A stretch of 64,000 bases of DNA from Candidatus Uhrbacteria bacterium (GTDB taxonomy: Bacteria; Patescibacteriota; Patescibacteriia; GWA2-47-26). The notes under the pieces are model-generated. The model made no database searches, was not told where the DNA came from, and was given only the letters and a program-made list of their open reading frames with translations. Below, piece after piece: positions 48,841 through 58,064 of this stretch (position 1 is its first letter; the number at the start of each line of letters is the position of its first letter). Location: the NCBI GenBank assembly GCA_016187515.1, contig JACPJN010000009.1:4891-68890 (forward strand), read 5' to 3'. A program made the translations under genes and the position numbers.

Positions 48841-50939
48841 CGAACGCGCGTACCATACCACCCGGCTCCCTGCACATGCGGCGCGACCAAGCGTAAAAAT
48901 ATCCGCGTTACCGTAATCGCGGAAAACAGCGACATGACTACTCCGATTGAAAGGGTCAATCCAAAACCCTTGACGAGCGAGGTTGAAAACCAAAACATAA
49001 TCAGCGCTCCAAAAAGCGTGGTCAAATGGCTATCGCGGATTGAAGGCCACGCGCGCTTAAAGGCCTCCTCGCTCGCGCTAGCGACATTTTTACCGGCGCG
49101 CAACTCTTCTTTAAGCCGCTCAAATTGCAAGACATTCGCATCCACCGCCATCCCCACCGAAAGAATAAATCCGGCAATGCCCGAAAGCGTCAGCGTAACC
49201 GGTATGAATTTAAATAAAGTCAGGACGATGGCGGTATAGATAAACAGCGCCAATACCGCGAGCACCCCGGCCAGCCGATAATAAAGCATCATAAAGAGCG
49301 CCACCAGCGCAAAACCGATCAGTCCGGCTTTAAGCGAGGCCGCGATGGATACCGCGCCTAAACTGGCGCCCACGGTTTGCTGGCTGACCAGTCGAATCGG
49401 CACGGGCAAGGCCCCGGCGTTAAGCCGTTGGGCCAAAAGTTTGGCCTCGGCAATGGTAAAACTTCCGGTAATCACCGCGCGGCCGTCCAAAATCGGGGTT
49501 TGCACGCTGGGGATGGAGATCGGCGCGCCATCCAAGAAGATCCCGACTGGTTTACCGACATTGCGCGAAGTAATATCCGCGAAGAATTGTTTCCCCTCCT
49601 CATTAAATTCCAGACCAACCTGCGGGAAATTGGTTTGCGGGTCAAACTGCATTGCCGCGCGGGTCAAATGCTTTCCGGAAAGCTGGGTGTTTTTCCAAGG
49701 ATCCGGCGGCGGAAGATAATCCGCTTCGGTTTTCTGTCTAAACAAAATGCGCGCGACATTATACGCCTTGACTGGCCGCTCTTCGATTCTCCGAATCAGG
49801 TGAAATCCAAATTGGGTTTCCACCGGGTCGGAAATGGCACCGTTACCAAGCGCGAAAACCGCGTCCTCAAACGGCTTGACCATGGCGCCTTTGGGAAAAA
49901 ATCCCAAATCCCCGCTGCGCTCGGCCGCTCCGGGTTCGGTCGAATTTTCTCGCGCCAATTTTTCAAAATTATCCGCGGCCGCGATTTTTTTAAGCTCCTC
50001 GATTTTGGCGCGCGCGTCATCCTTGGAAGTATCGCGATCGCAGAACTCGGCGCCTCTAAAACAAATTAAAATGTGCTGGGCATGCACCTCCATGCCGCGA
50101 TCCTCCGCGCTATTGACGCGCACGATATTTAAGCCCTCGCGGGTTTTGAGCGGCTCCAGCCCGATTTTGCCCGGACCTTGCGCGTCCGCGAAGCTCCAAA
50201 GCTCGCCATACGCGCTATCGCGGGTAATCAGACCTAAACTGCCGCCGACATCTTTCGTGGCCAAATCATCGGAATATTTTTTGGCCAGCGCCATGAAATC
50301 AACCTCCTCCTGGCTCTTCAGTTCGGCCAGCGCTTGATCCAGCCGCTGGCGCGAGTTGCGGTTATACTCCTCCAGGTCTTTTTTCTCCTCGGCCGTAAGC
50401 GCGCGCTGCGGCTCGGGATTGGCTTCTTCTTTAAATTCCAATACCGGCGTCTCCCCGATCTGCGCGATAGCTTCCTTAACGTCTTTAACTCCGGCCAACT
50501 CCACGACCAGCCGCCAGGTATCGCCGGTGCGCGCGGTCTGGACCACTGGTTCAGCCACCCCGAACAAATTTACCCGCCGTTCAATCACATCGCGCACGCC
50601 TTCCATGGCCGTATCGCGATCAACTGAAGAGATCTGCGCAAGATCCGCCTCATAGACCAAATGCGCTCCGCCGGCCAAATCCAAACCGAGCTGAAATGGC
50701 CGACCGGTGAGATGGCCCAGGCGTACTGCCTGCGCTTGCCGAAAGCCCCAGATATTGATCGGCGGCAACTTTTCTATCCCGCTATTTACTCGGTCAGCGC
50801 CAAAATTCCACGCTTGTGGATAAGCCAGTACCCCAGTCACCAGCGCCAATACCAACACAAAAAATAGGGTCCAGCGCAATTTTCCGCGCGGACTGGGATT
50901 CATCAGACCTTTCCACAACCGTTTGAACATAGTTGCCAA
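48807..50939 (-). CDS. secD: Protein translocase subunit SecD carrying two embedded parvulin-type PPIase domains
   Basis: SecD N-terminal TM, P1 domain and C-terminal 5 TM. Inside P1 are two PpiC-like segments (FMALAKKYSDDLATKDVGGSLGLI... and FEKLARENSTEPGAAERSGDLGFFPKGAMVKPFEDAVFALGNGAISDPVETQFGFHLI). Confidence 0.85.
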   Translation of the reverse strand: MATMFKRLWKGLMNPSPRGKLRWTLFFVLVLALVTGVLAYPQAWNFGADRVNSGIEKLPPINIWGFRQAQAVRLGHLTGRPFQLGLDLAGGAHLVYEADLAQISSVDRDTAMEGVRDVIERRVNLFGVAEPVVQTARTGDTWRLVVELAGVKDVKEAIAQIGETPVLEFKEEANPEPQRALTAEEKKDLEEYNRNSRQRLDQALAELKSQEEVDFMALAKKYSDDLATKDVGGSLGLITRDSAYGELWSFADAQGPGKIGLEPLKTREGLNIVRVNSAEDRGMEVHAQHILICFRGAEFCDRDTSKDDARAKIEELKKIAAADNFEKLARENSTEPGAAERSGDLGFFPKGAMVKPFEDAVFALGNGAISDPVETQFGFHLIRRIEERPVKAYNVARILFRQKTEADYLPPPDPWKNTQLSGKHLTRAAMQFDPQTNFPQVGLEFNEEGKQFFADITSRNVGKPVGIFLDGAPISIPSVQTPILDGRAVITGSFTIAEAKLLAQRLNAGALPVPIRLVSQQTVGASLGAVSIAASLKAGLIGFALVALFMMLYYRLAGVLAVLALFIYTAIVLTLFKFIPVTLTLSGIAGFILSVGMAVDANVLQFERLKEELRAGKNVASASEEAFKRAWPSIRDSHLTTLFGALIMFWFSTSLVKGFGLTLSIGVVMSLFSAITVTRIFLRLVAPHVQGAGWYGTRVRSSQTSVHSRQ

Positions 50940-51077
50940 CCCGTAACCCCTTTCCCCGCCTCCCCTTATCCCAAGGGGAGGAGACGATACGATTCCCCCT
51001 CTTAAAATAAGAGGGGGTAGGGGGAGTTATGAAACCTTAATTGCCTCACTATACTCCACCGCTAAAAATCCTGCAAG

Positions 51078-51860
51078 CTACATCTTCCCCGTCCTGGCGT
51101 ATCGCCGCTTCCATGCTAAAAACTTCTTCCACATCAATACATCCTTATGCCACCCGGTTGGATCTTCCAGAAATGCTTGATGAATCTCGTACATTTCGCG
51201 CGACACCAGACCGCGCTTCAAAAGATATGCGATCCACTCACGCCGTGTGTAAAGCGCGTCGTATGTCACACCGCGCCGCTTCAGCTTCTCGACAAATGGT
51301 CGGTTCTTTGGCCACCATGGATTCCAAAGCGTCATCGTATGTTTTACAATCACACCATCACTTTTGCAATCGCGGATCGCCTTGAGAATGGTGCCGCCAA
51401 ATCCGATCACATCATCAACTAGCACTGCCCGCGCGCCCGTTTTGTATTCTCCCTCCACAATCCGCCGTCGGAGCGTCTTCTTCCGCCCCTTGTTCAGGTA
51501 CGCAAATGGAATGCCGGTCTTGAGCGACAGCGCCAACGCCATCGGAATCCCCGCCATCGGAATCCCCACAATCAAATCAACGCCTCGTAAATCAATACCT
51601 CTCCTCCCCCGCCCACCCGGTGGAAAAAAAGTTCCATACTTGGAACTATGGAACTTTTTTGCTTTGGGACCGTTGCGGAGTTGATATTGTTTTAGGATCT
51701 TCGCAAGCTCTTCCACGAACACGCGAAATTCTTTCGGATGCGAATATAACGCCCGACTGTCATTAAAAAACGGCACCAGCGCGCCAGTGGTTGACTGCAC
51801 AAACGGCCCCACATGAATCGGGACTTTTGAAATCGCCTTTAGCGCTCGTAAATTTGCCAT
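51078..51860 (-). CDS. Phosphoribosyltransferase (type I PRTase, OPRT-like) with an in-frame GTTCCATA palindrome
   Basis: PRPP-binding motif VLVDDVIGFGGTI. Repeat 51625-51660 encodes KKFHSSKYGTF. Confidence 0.55.
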   Translation of the reverse strand: MANLRALKAISKVPIHVGPFVQSTTGALVPFFNDSRALYSHPKEFRVFVEELAKILKQYQLRNGPKAKKFHSSKYGTFFPPGGRGRRGIDLRGVDLIVGIPMAGIPMALALSLKTGIPFAYLNKGRKKTLRRRIVEGEYKTGARAVLVDDVIGFGGTILKAIRDCKSDGVIVKHTMTLWNPWWPKNRPFVEKLKRRGVTYDALYTRREWIAYLLKRGLVSREMYEIHQAFLEDPTGWHKDVLMWKKFLAWKRRYARTGKM

Positions 51861-51943
51861 ACGTCTTCGCCTCCTCCCCCTGATCCCTCACCCTCCCCTC
51901 TCCCTTGGGGAGGGGGTGGCCGGGTGAGGGAGGCGGGGAGGGG

Positions 51944-52702
51944 TTATGAAACTTCCACCCCATGCTCTTTCATAAATTGTACCACAAACTCCTCAATCGG
52001 AACTCCTTCTTTTTTCATCAACTTATACACACGCAAGAGATTCTCTCCCCTTTCCCAATAAGGTCCATCAGAGTTTTTCTGCTCAATCTCACAGAGTTCT
52101 TGCGAAATAACGCCCGCCGCAAGTTGAAGACGCGCAAGTTCAGGATAATCAATTAAATAATGCAAACCAATGCCGCGTTCTTGCAGCCATTCGGCGGCTT
52201 TAAAATTATATGAGGGAATGAGCGGTTTGTTTGGCGGAGTGGGCAGCACTTTTATAAACACCGCGATATCAGTAACTTTAGCTCCGCGCTCTTCCAGTAA
52301 CTTAATTCGCTCCTCTTTCGTACCCCCATAGGCCATCAGATCATCAACTAAAAGCACTCGCACTCCGGCGCTGATAAAATTTACATCACCCACGATAGGG
52401 CTTCGTCCCGGCCGTTTGGGTTTTTCCCGCACAATCACCATTGGCTTTCCGGTCTCCAACGCAATCGCCGTAGCCAGTGTTACGCCTTGCAATTCAATGC
52501 CAGCCACCACATCAATTATGGAAAAATCTATAAGACGGAAAAACTCCTTGGCCATGAGTTTCAAAATTTCCGGCTCTTGGATCACTCCTCGCGACCAATC
52601 CACCGGAATAAACTGCCCTGTGGCCACAATCGTCGGCTTTAACTGAAACAGCGGCTTAAACGTGGCGAGTTTTTGGATGAGTTCTGGGTTTTTGATGTTC
52701 AT
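51944..52702 (-). CDS. Phosphoribosyltransferase (type I PRTase) paralog
   Basis: PRPP motif VLLVDDLMAYGGT. Paralogous to 55322-56062 (shared IVRE..KRPGR and C-terminal KEHGVEVS). Confidence 0.55.
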   Translation of the reverse strand: MNIKNPELIQKLATFKPLFQLKPTIVATGQFIPVDWSRGVIQEPEILKLMAKEFFRLIDFSIIDVVAGIELQGVTLATAIALETGKPMVIVREKPKRPGRSPIVGDVNFISAGVRVLLVDDLMAYGGTKEERIKLLEERGAKVTDIAVFIKVLPTPPNKPLIPSYNFKAAEWLQERGIGLHYLIDYPELARLQLAAGVISQELCEIEQKNSDGPYWERGENLLRVYKLMKKEGVPIEEFVVQFMKEHGVEVS

Positions 52703-52748
52703 ATACTGGACATGCTTAATATACGTTGGCTCTCTAAATTGATTAGTA

Positions 52749-52783
52749 AAAAAGTTCCATACTTGGAACTATGGAACTTTTTT
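52749..52783. repeat. Family-2 palindrome, intergenic copy with A5/T7 flanks (bidirectional terminator-like)
   Basis: AAAAAGTTCCATACTTGGAACTATGGAACTTTTTTT between the PRTase and the TrpR-like gene. Confidence 0.8.
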
Positions 52784-53392
52784 TGAGTTGCTAGAATTGA
52801 CCTTACCAAGCGGCATCTCCTTCTCCAATTGCTGTTTGCGCCGCGGGCTTTGACGTTCGGCGCGCAAAAGTTCTTCAATGTAGCGAAACACTTCTCGCTT
52901 ACCCTTGCCTGAGACGCGCAATACTTTGAGCGTCTCAAGCATCTGTGCGCGTTGGCGATTATTGGCGGCGCGAATAATCCCCTCCAACAGTCCCTGCGGC
53001 CAATAATAAAGCGGAAAGCGCCGCGCCATTTCGCTTCTGGGCACCGCCGGCATCCATTCAGGTACTTTCATATCCGTTTTGGCCAGTCCGCGTTTCATCA
53101 CCATCCGAAACCCCTCGCCCGCCTGTTGCAGCCATAAATTCACCCGTGCGATGGTCTGCTGGCTAACCTTAAGGTCTTTGCGAATCTGTTCGTATTTTTT
53201 ATCTTTTAAGAGAAGCTTGGCGATTTGCAAGCGCTTCGCCACCATCAAAAGCTCTTGATCAGAGAGAAGATCGCCTAGTATTTTCGCGGCTTCTTCCAGT
53301 TTCTTGACCATTACCATGGACTGGCATAATTCAAGCAGCACTTGCTGTCGCGCTTGTGGGCTCAATTTTTGATAAGGAGTAAACTTTGCCAT
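52769..53392 (-). CDS. TrpR/YerC-like helix-turn-helix DNA-binding protein
   Basis: HTH segment RLQIAKLLLKDKKYEQIRKDLKVSQQTIARVN, typical of the Trp_repressor/YerC family. Confidence 0.45.
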   Translation of the reverse strand: MAKFTPYQKLSPQARQQVLLELCQSMVMVKKLEEAAKILGDLLSDQELLMVAKRLQIAKLLLKDKKYEQIRKDLKVSQQTIARVNLWLQQAGEGFRMVMKRGLAKTDMKVPEWMPAVPRSEMARRFPLYYWPQGLLEGIIRAANNRQRAQMLETLKVLRVSGKGKREVFRYIEELLRAERQSPRRKQQLEKEMPLGKVNSSNSKKVP

Positions 53393-53520
53393 ACGCGTTA
53401 TACTTTACTATAAATTAACCTCCAATTCACAGTACTAGGATCTCATCATGTCCCACAAAACTATAATATCACGGAATCGCCAAACGCAAAAGTTCCATAG
53501 TTCCAAGTATGGAACTTTTT

Positions 53521-54246
53521 TTATTGCCTTGCTGATGTAAGTTTGTGGAAACTTTGGTGCAAGACAGCGCTGGGTTCTTTTGATGCTAGCGCGTAAAGCT
53601 TGGACCAATTCCTTGGTTGCCGCACCCATTGATATGGATCCTGAAGATACTTGAGCATCAAATCCGCGAACGCGGGACTGAAAAACTTCTTGCGTTTTGC
53701 AGTGCGGATGCAATCGGCCCAGCCGACAAGCACCTGCACCGGGAACTTTTGTTTCCAAAGCCAGGCGCGCTTGCGCTGCAGAATTTTGGATTGTGTGCCC
53801 TGCCAAGCATCAAGCAACACCGCCATACCAACTACTTCTAAGCCAGCATTTCTCAATGCTAATACGACATATTTTTTAGTATCGGCAGTGGACAGGCCGT
53901 CATCAACAATAACTACCCGCTGACCGCGCGTAAACTCCCCTTCCACTACTTTTTTCAAATGCAATGACTTCGGTTCCGGCCGAATGAACACAAAATTCCT
54001 CTTAAGCGCAAGTGCGACTGGCAAACCCAAAAGAATCCCGCGCACTGCTGGGGCGGCAATTACGTCCGGTTTCCACCGACGCACGCTGCGCGTCATTTCC
54101 CGCACCACTGCCCTAAGTCGCTTCGGATTCGACAAAAATCCAGCTATATCAGGATACATTGGCGCAAGTACGCCAGCTTTGGTTTCGATCTTTCCGACAT
54201 TATGAAAACCTTTATATGCCGTAAGGTTTGCGAGTCGTGAAGACAT
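53521..54246 (-). CDS. Phosphoribosyltransferase (type I PRTase) paralog
   Basis: PRPP motif VVIVDDGLSTADT. Start trimmed to MSSRLANL because the track N-terminus is read from the GC-rich spacer. Confidence 0.5.
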   Translation of the reverse strand: MSSRLANLTAYKGFHNVGKIETKAGVLAPMYPDIAGFLSNPKRLRAVVREMTRSVRRWKPDVIAAPAVRGILLGLPVALALKRNFVFIRPEPKSLHLKKVVEGEFTRGQRVVIVDDGLSTADTKKYVVLALRNAGLEVVGMAVLLDAWQGTQSKILQRKRAWLWKQKFPVQVLVGWADCIRTAKRKKFFSPAFADLMLKYLQDPYQWVRQPRNWSKLYALASKEPSAVLHQSFHKLTSARQ

Positions 54247-54331
54247 ATTGCAAATCCTAGCCATCCTGAGCGAAGCGAAGAGCCTGCCCTGAGCCCGTCG
54301 AAGGGATCTCGCGCGCATGCGCGACCACCCC

Positions 54332-54360
54332 TTGACATATTACCGTATTTATGCTATCAT
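54332..54360 (+). promoter_or_regulatory. Promoter TTGACA-N17-(TGc)TATCAT preceded by the 14-nt palindrome GCGCGCATGCGCGC
   Basis: TTGACA at 54332-54337 and TATCAT at 54355-54360. GGAGGA RBS before ATG 54413. Confidence 0.5.
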
Positions 54361-54412
54361 ACACACAGTTGCTCTTCAACCAACGAACCCCACAACCAAT
54401 GGAGGATAAACC

Positions 54413-55006
54413 ATGCCGCGACTCATGGTACAAGGCGATCGCGACGCGAACGGAATTGAGGACGCCGTGCTCAAACTCGGCAGCATCTGCGGGGAGCGCG
54501 GAATCGGGCTGAACGTTGGCGAGGCCGGCAAAATCGTGCATCTGCTCGCCGAGACCGGCGCGCATGTGCGCGTGCATCAGGCCAAACCCGAGCCGCCCAA
54601 CGTGCCGGAAGGATTCAGAGGCGAGATCGTGAATTGCACCGCCGCGGCGCTTCCTGCGCACACCCACCTGCCCGCGGGGGCGAAGATTGCGCGTGTGGCC
54701 TGGGCCATCCGCCTGGCCTGCCTCGACGACTCGGACGGCTTCATCTTCTTCCCGGGCCGCGAAGGTACGCTGGCCCACCTCGTCCCCATCATGGCCTTCA
54801 TCGCCAAGGGCGAGCGAGACAAGGGCGTGGCCTGTCCCCGCCGCGTGGCGCTCGTGGGATGGAGCGGGCCGCTGATCACTGCGCTCTGCACCCTGTTCAA
54901 CATCTGGCCGACCACGCCCGGTGGAGAGTGGCTCGATTCCTTCGCCAGCGATGAGATGGGCCGTGCCATCTCCTGGCTCACCGCAGGTTTACCCGCCGAG
55001 CGATAG
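54413..55006 (+). CDS. LOG/SLOG-type Rossmann-fold nucleotide-binding protein (TIGR00730-like) on a GC-rich islet
   Basis: FFPGREGTLAHL resembles the LOG PGGxGTxxE motif. 66% GC with GC3 bias. Sole plus-strand gene in a minus-strand cluster. Flanked by a double palindromic repeat at 55237-55318. Confidence 0.45.
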   Translation: MPRLMVQGDRDANGIEDAVLKLGSICGERGIGLNVGEAGKIVHLLAETGAHVRVHQAKPEPPNVPEGFRGEIVNCTAAALPAHTHLPAGAKIARVAWAIRLACLDDSDGFIFFPGREGTLAHLVPIMAFIAKGERDKGVACPRRVALVGWSGPLITALCTLFNIWPTTPGGEWLDSFASDEMGRAISWLTAGLPAER

Positions 55007-55236
55007 GTGCCACAGCGCCGAATGGCATGCACGGCGGACCCAGAGGCGGGCCTGCCGGCCACTTAGTCCTTTCCCCAAATCCGTCATCTCGAACGCAGTG
55101 AGAGATCTCTTTACCTTCGCATGCCACGCGGAAGAGATTCCTCGCTAGCGCTCGGAATGACGATTAACCGCTCCTTCGTCAACCCACCCGATCGTGCGTC
55201 ATGCGCGATCGGGTGAATTATTTTATACAAGGAATT

Positions 55237-55318
55237 CCCTCCCTTAAGGTAAGGGAGGGTAGGGTGGGTTATGAATTTCTCGTAACCCCTCCTCGCCTCC
55301 CCTTACCCTAAGGGGAGG
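55237..55318. repeat. Family-1 double element (forward plus reverse complement), intergenic after the LOG-like gene
   Basis: Same sequence as the atpG copy, in the opposite arrangement. Confidence 0.8.
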
Positions 55319-55321
55319 AAA

Positions 55322-56062
55322 CTAAAGCCCACTCACATCCACGCCGTGTTTTTGAAAAAACTCCTTGAGCGCTGGCTCTATTTTCACACCTCTCTTTCGC
55401 AAATACGCAGCGCTACGTGTTAAATTTCCTTGGCTGTCGTTGCTAAATGCGCCGGTTTTCAAGCGCGCAACACTCAACGCGTAAAATTCGTCGTCCATAA
55501 CTCCTCCCTCATGTTGCAAACGGCAAAGCTCAGACCATTTGATAAGCGTGACGATCTTGATCCCCCGCTCTTGCAACTCGTGCATCGGTCCTCGCTCACT
55601 CTCCTCCATGTCAAAGTCACCCAAACACGCGATCGCTTCCACTTTGGCGCCGGCATCCTCCAGCAACTTGAGTCCGCCATGTTTATTCTTCCCGCTCGCG
55701 ATCCAATCATCAACCATAAGTACGCTCATTCCTGGTTTGAGGAAGTTGTGTGACCCCATAATCCTTGGCCGTCCCGGCCGTTTCTGGTCTTCCCGCACAA
55801 TCACGAACGGTTTTTTAGTGCGCAAGGAAAGCGCAGTGGTAATAGACACGCCGGAGATCGGCAATGCGGCGAGGAGATCAAATTTCGACACCTCCAGGAC
55901 TTCAAGAAATGCATCCGTGATGAGTGCGAGCGCGGTCGGATCTTGGATCGTCCCCCGCGAAAAATCGAACGGGGTAAAATCAATATTAGTAATTACCGGC
56001 TGCGCGATAATCGCGTTCGGAAAGGTCTTAAGATATTCAAATAATTTTTCTCGCGCAGTCAT
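55322..56062 (-). CDS. Phosphoribosyltransferase (type I PRTase) paralog
   Basis: PRPP motif VLMVDDWIASGKN. 4-nt overlap with the upstream kinase gene. Confidence 0.55.
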   Translation of the reverse strand: MTAREKLFEYLKTFPNAIIAQPVITNIDFTPFDFSRGTIQDPTALALITDAFLEVLEVSKFDLLAALPISGVSITTALSLRTKKPFVIVREDQKRPGRPRIMGSHNFLKPGMSVLMVDDWIASGKNKHGGLKLLEDAGAKVEAIACLGDFDMEESERGPMHELQERGIKIVTLIKWSELCRLQHEGGVMDDEFYALSVARLKTGAFSNDSQGNLTRSAAYLRKRGVKIEPALKEFFQKHGVDVSGL

Positions 56063-57111
56063 ATTTTTGAATTTTCATTAAACAGTATTATTCCCAATGC
56101 CCTAATTTTCTTTTCCCATCTCGGCCATTTTTTAAAGTAAGACCCGCTGCGGCCGTCCGTGCGCGAGACCAGATAAATTCCGGCCCACCTTAACGCGCGG
56201 CGTTTGATGCCATCAACTTCCGTTCGTAACCCCTCCTCGCCTCCCCTTAACCTAAGGGGAGGAAATTGCTTCTCGTATACCCTCCAAAAATCTCTTTGAA
56301 ATTTTTCATTTTCAATTTTTAATTTTGCATTTTTAAGTCCCATCCACATCCAGTGCGCCGTGAGTATTCCACAATCAAACGCGGGATCGTAGGCCACGGT
56401 GTGATCAAAATCAACCATCGAGGCCCTGCCGTGCGGTTTTATAAAAATATTTCGATACACCGGATCGCCCCAAATCCAGGCGCGTGGCGCGCAGTTTACC
56501 TCGCGATAGAAGGCATTTAGCTTTTGCCGCGGCACAAATTTAGCGATCCCCTGCCCCAGCCACCACCCGCCAAAAAAACTGATGATTTTCTTACGCCATG
56601 CCGGAGAGCCGCAACAATCCTGCTTTGTTTCATACGTATTCGCGTGCAGTTTGCCGAATAATCGCCCGAATAACGCCCCCAGTTCCGGATGCACTCGCCC
56701 TTGCTCAAACTCTTCCACGAGCAACGATCCCCCGCCGCCTACATCCGACATCACCAGCACACAGTGTACCGGATCAAAATAATAAATCTCCGGCACATAT
56801 TCCTTCCCCCACAATTTCGCGAGCAATTTCATTATCTGATATTCTCCGCAAATTCGCAGCGGATCCACATAATGCTTCTCGCCCTTGGTTTCCCAGGCCC
56901 TTTTGTTATGCTCCCGCGCCTGCTTCACAAAAAGCACGCGCCTCGTGCGCGGCGTTTTTACCACCACGCGCCAAAGATAATTATTATTGGAATACTTACT
57001 CACCTCATCTCGCTTCAAAATTTCCTCAATCGCGAAGTTAATCCTCGGCTGCACAAAGCTCCGCAGAAACTCGTGGAGATTGTCCTTTGTAATCTCAAAT
57101 TGCCGCCGCAT
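56059..57111 (-). CDS. Protein-kinase-like phosphotransferase (APH/MtnK/ChoK family) with in-frame repeats
   Basis: Catalytic loop IWGDPVYRNIF and VDFDH metal-binding motif. Repeat 56225-56262 encodes FPPLRLRGGEEGLR. AT-rich repeat at 56290-56335. Confidence 0.45.
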   Translation of the reverse strand: MRRQFEITKDNLHEFLRSFVQPRINFAIEEILKRDEVSKYSNNNYLWRVVVKTPRTRRVLFVKQAREHNKRAWETKGEKHYVDPLRICGEYQIMKLLAKLWGKEYVPEIYYFDPVHCVLVMSDVGGGGSLLVEEFEQGRVHPELGALFGRLFGKLHANTYETKQDCCGSPAWRKKIISFFGGWWLGQGIAKFVPRQKLNAFYREVNCAPRAWIWGDPVYRNIFIKPHGRASMVDFDHTVAYDPAFDCGILTAHWMWMGLKNAKLKIENEKFQRDFWRVYEKQFPPLRLRGGEEGLRTEVDGIKRRALRWAGIYLVSRTDGRSGSYFKKWPRWEKKIRALGIILFNENSKI

Positions 57112-57158
57112 AGTTTTCGGTAAATAGTTCCATACTTGGAACTATGGAACTATTTACT

Positions 57159-58064
57159 TTAGATTTTTGTTAGCCATTGGCCAATAACTCGCGCGAATTC
57201 TTCCAAATGTACTGGCTCGCGAAAAGTGTGCGGGGCGCCGGAGATAATGTGGAGCTCTCTGGTGCCCGGAAGGGCGGCGTAAAGAATTTTTTGATGCTCC
57301 GGCGGACAGGATTCGTCTTTTTCGCCAACCACGAGGAGTGTAGGCATGGTTAAGCGGTCTGTCATTCTCCCACCACCCACTCCCACCCCCTCTTTATCTC
57401 CCCCTCGGGCAGGGGGAGAAAACGGCGCGAGCAAATCGTACTTCAGCCGATCTTCCATATGCGACCAGGGCAGACGTTTAATCGCATCGGGGTTGGAAAC
57501 GCTGTGCGTCGTACGCCATCCGGTTTCTTTCCACTTTCTCCACTCCTCATCCTTGGCATGCCCCTCCATGCTCAATTTCCCAGACACTACCGTCCCAATC
57601 GGCGCGAGCGCTTTTACTTTTTCCGGATGCCGCTCGCCATACAATGCTACGCATAATCCGCCCAAACTGTGCCCGGCCAGCACAAACGGCTCCTGATACC
57701 AAGGTTGTGGTTGGGCAGAACTGTCCCAAAATCTCACGGCCGTGAGATTTTGGGACAATCTCGCGGCCCACCCAATCACATCTTCCAAATCCTCGTAATA
57801 ATTCGTGGTGGTGGCCTCTTCATACTGGCCGTCGCTTTCGCCAAAGGTATTCGTCGTATCAAACCGCACCACCGTATAGCCATGCTCCAAAAATACTTTG
57901 GCCATCACTTCGATGTGGGGTTGTTCCTTAAAGCCGCCCAGTCCGTGCATTACAAAGGCAAGCTTGCCCGACTGATCCGCCTCCGGCGGATGAGCAGGCA
58001 CATCAACTACCACCGCCACCTTTTGTCCCTTGCGATTTTGGATAAACACTTTTTGCATAGCCAC
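57159..58064 (-). CDS. Alpha/beta-fold hydrolase
   Basis: Nucleophile elbow GHSLGG. Repeat-derived insert at 57380-57418. Confidence 0.6.
   Translation of the reverse strand: MAMQKVFIQNRKGQKVAVVVDVPAHPPEADQSGKLAFVMHGLGGFKEQPHIEVMAKVFLEHGYTVVRFDTTNTFGESDGQYEEATTTNYYEDLEDVIGWAARLSQNLTAVRFWDSSAQPQPWYQEPFVLAGHSLGGLCVALYGERHPEKVKALAPIGTVVSGKLSMEGHAKDEEWRKWKETGWRTTHSVSNPDAIKRLPWSHMEDRLKYDLLAPFSPPARGGDKEGVGVGGGRMTDRLTMPTLLVVGEKDESCPPEHQKILYAALPGTRELHIISGAPHTFREPVHLEEFARVIGQWLTKI

Noticed and set aside
51364-53806. Track ORFs 51364-51684 (+), 52699-52938 (-) and 53435-53806 (-) containing VPYLELWNF / KFHSSKYGTF peptides
   Set aside because: These are read-through translations of the family-2 palindrome and its flanks in intergenic regions or antisense to the PRTase genes. 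They are not independent genes.
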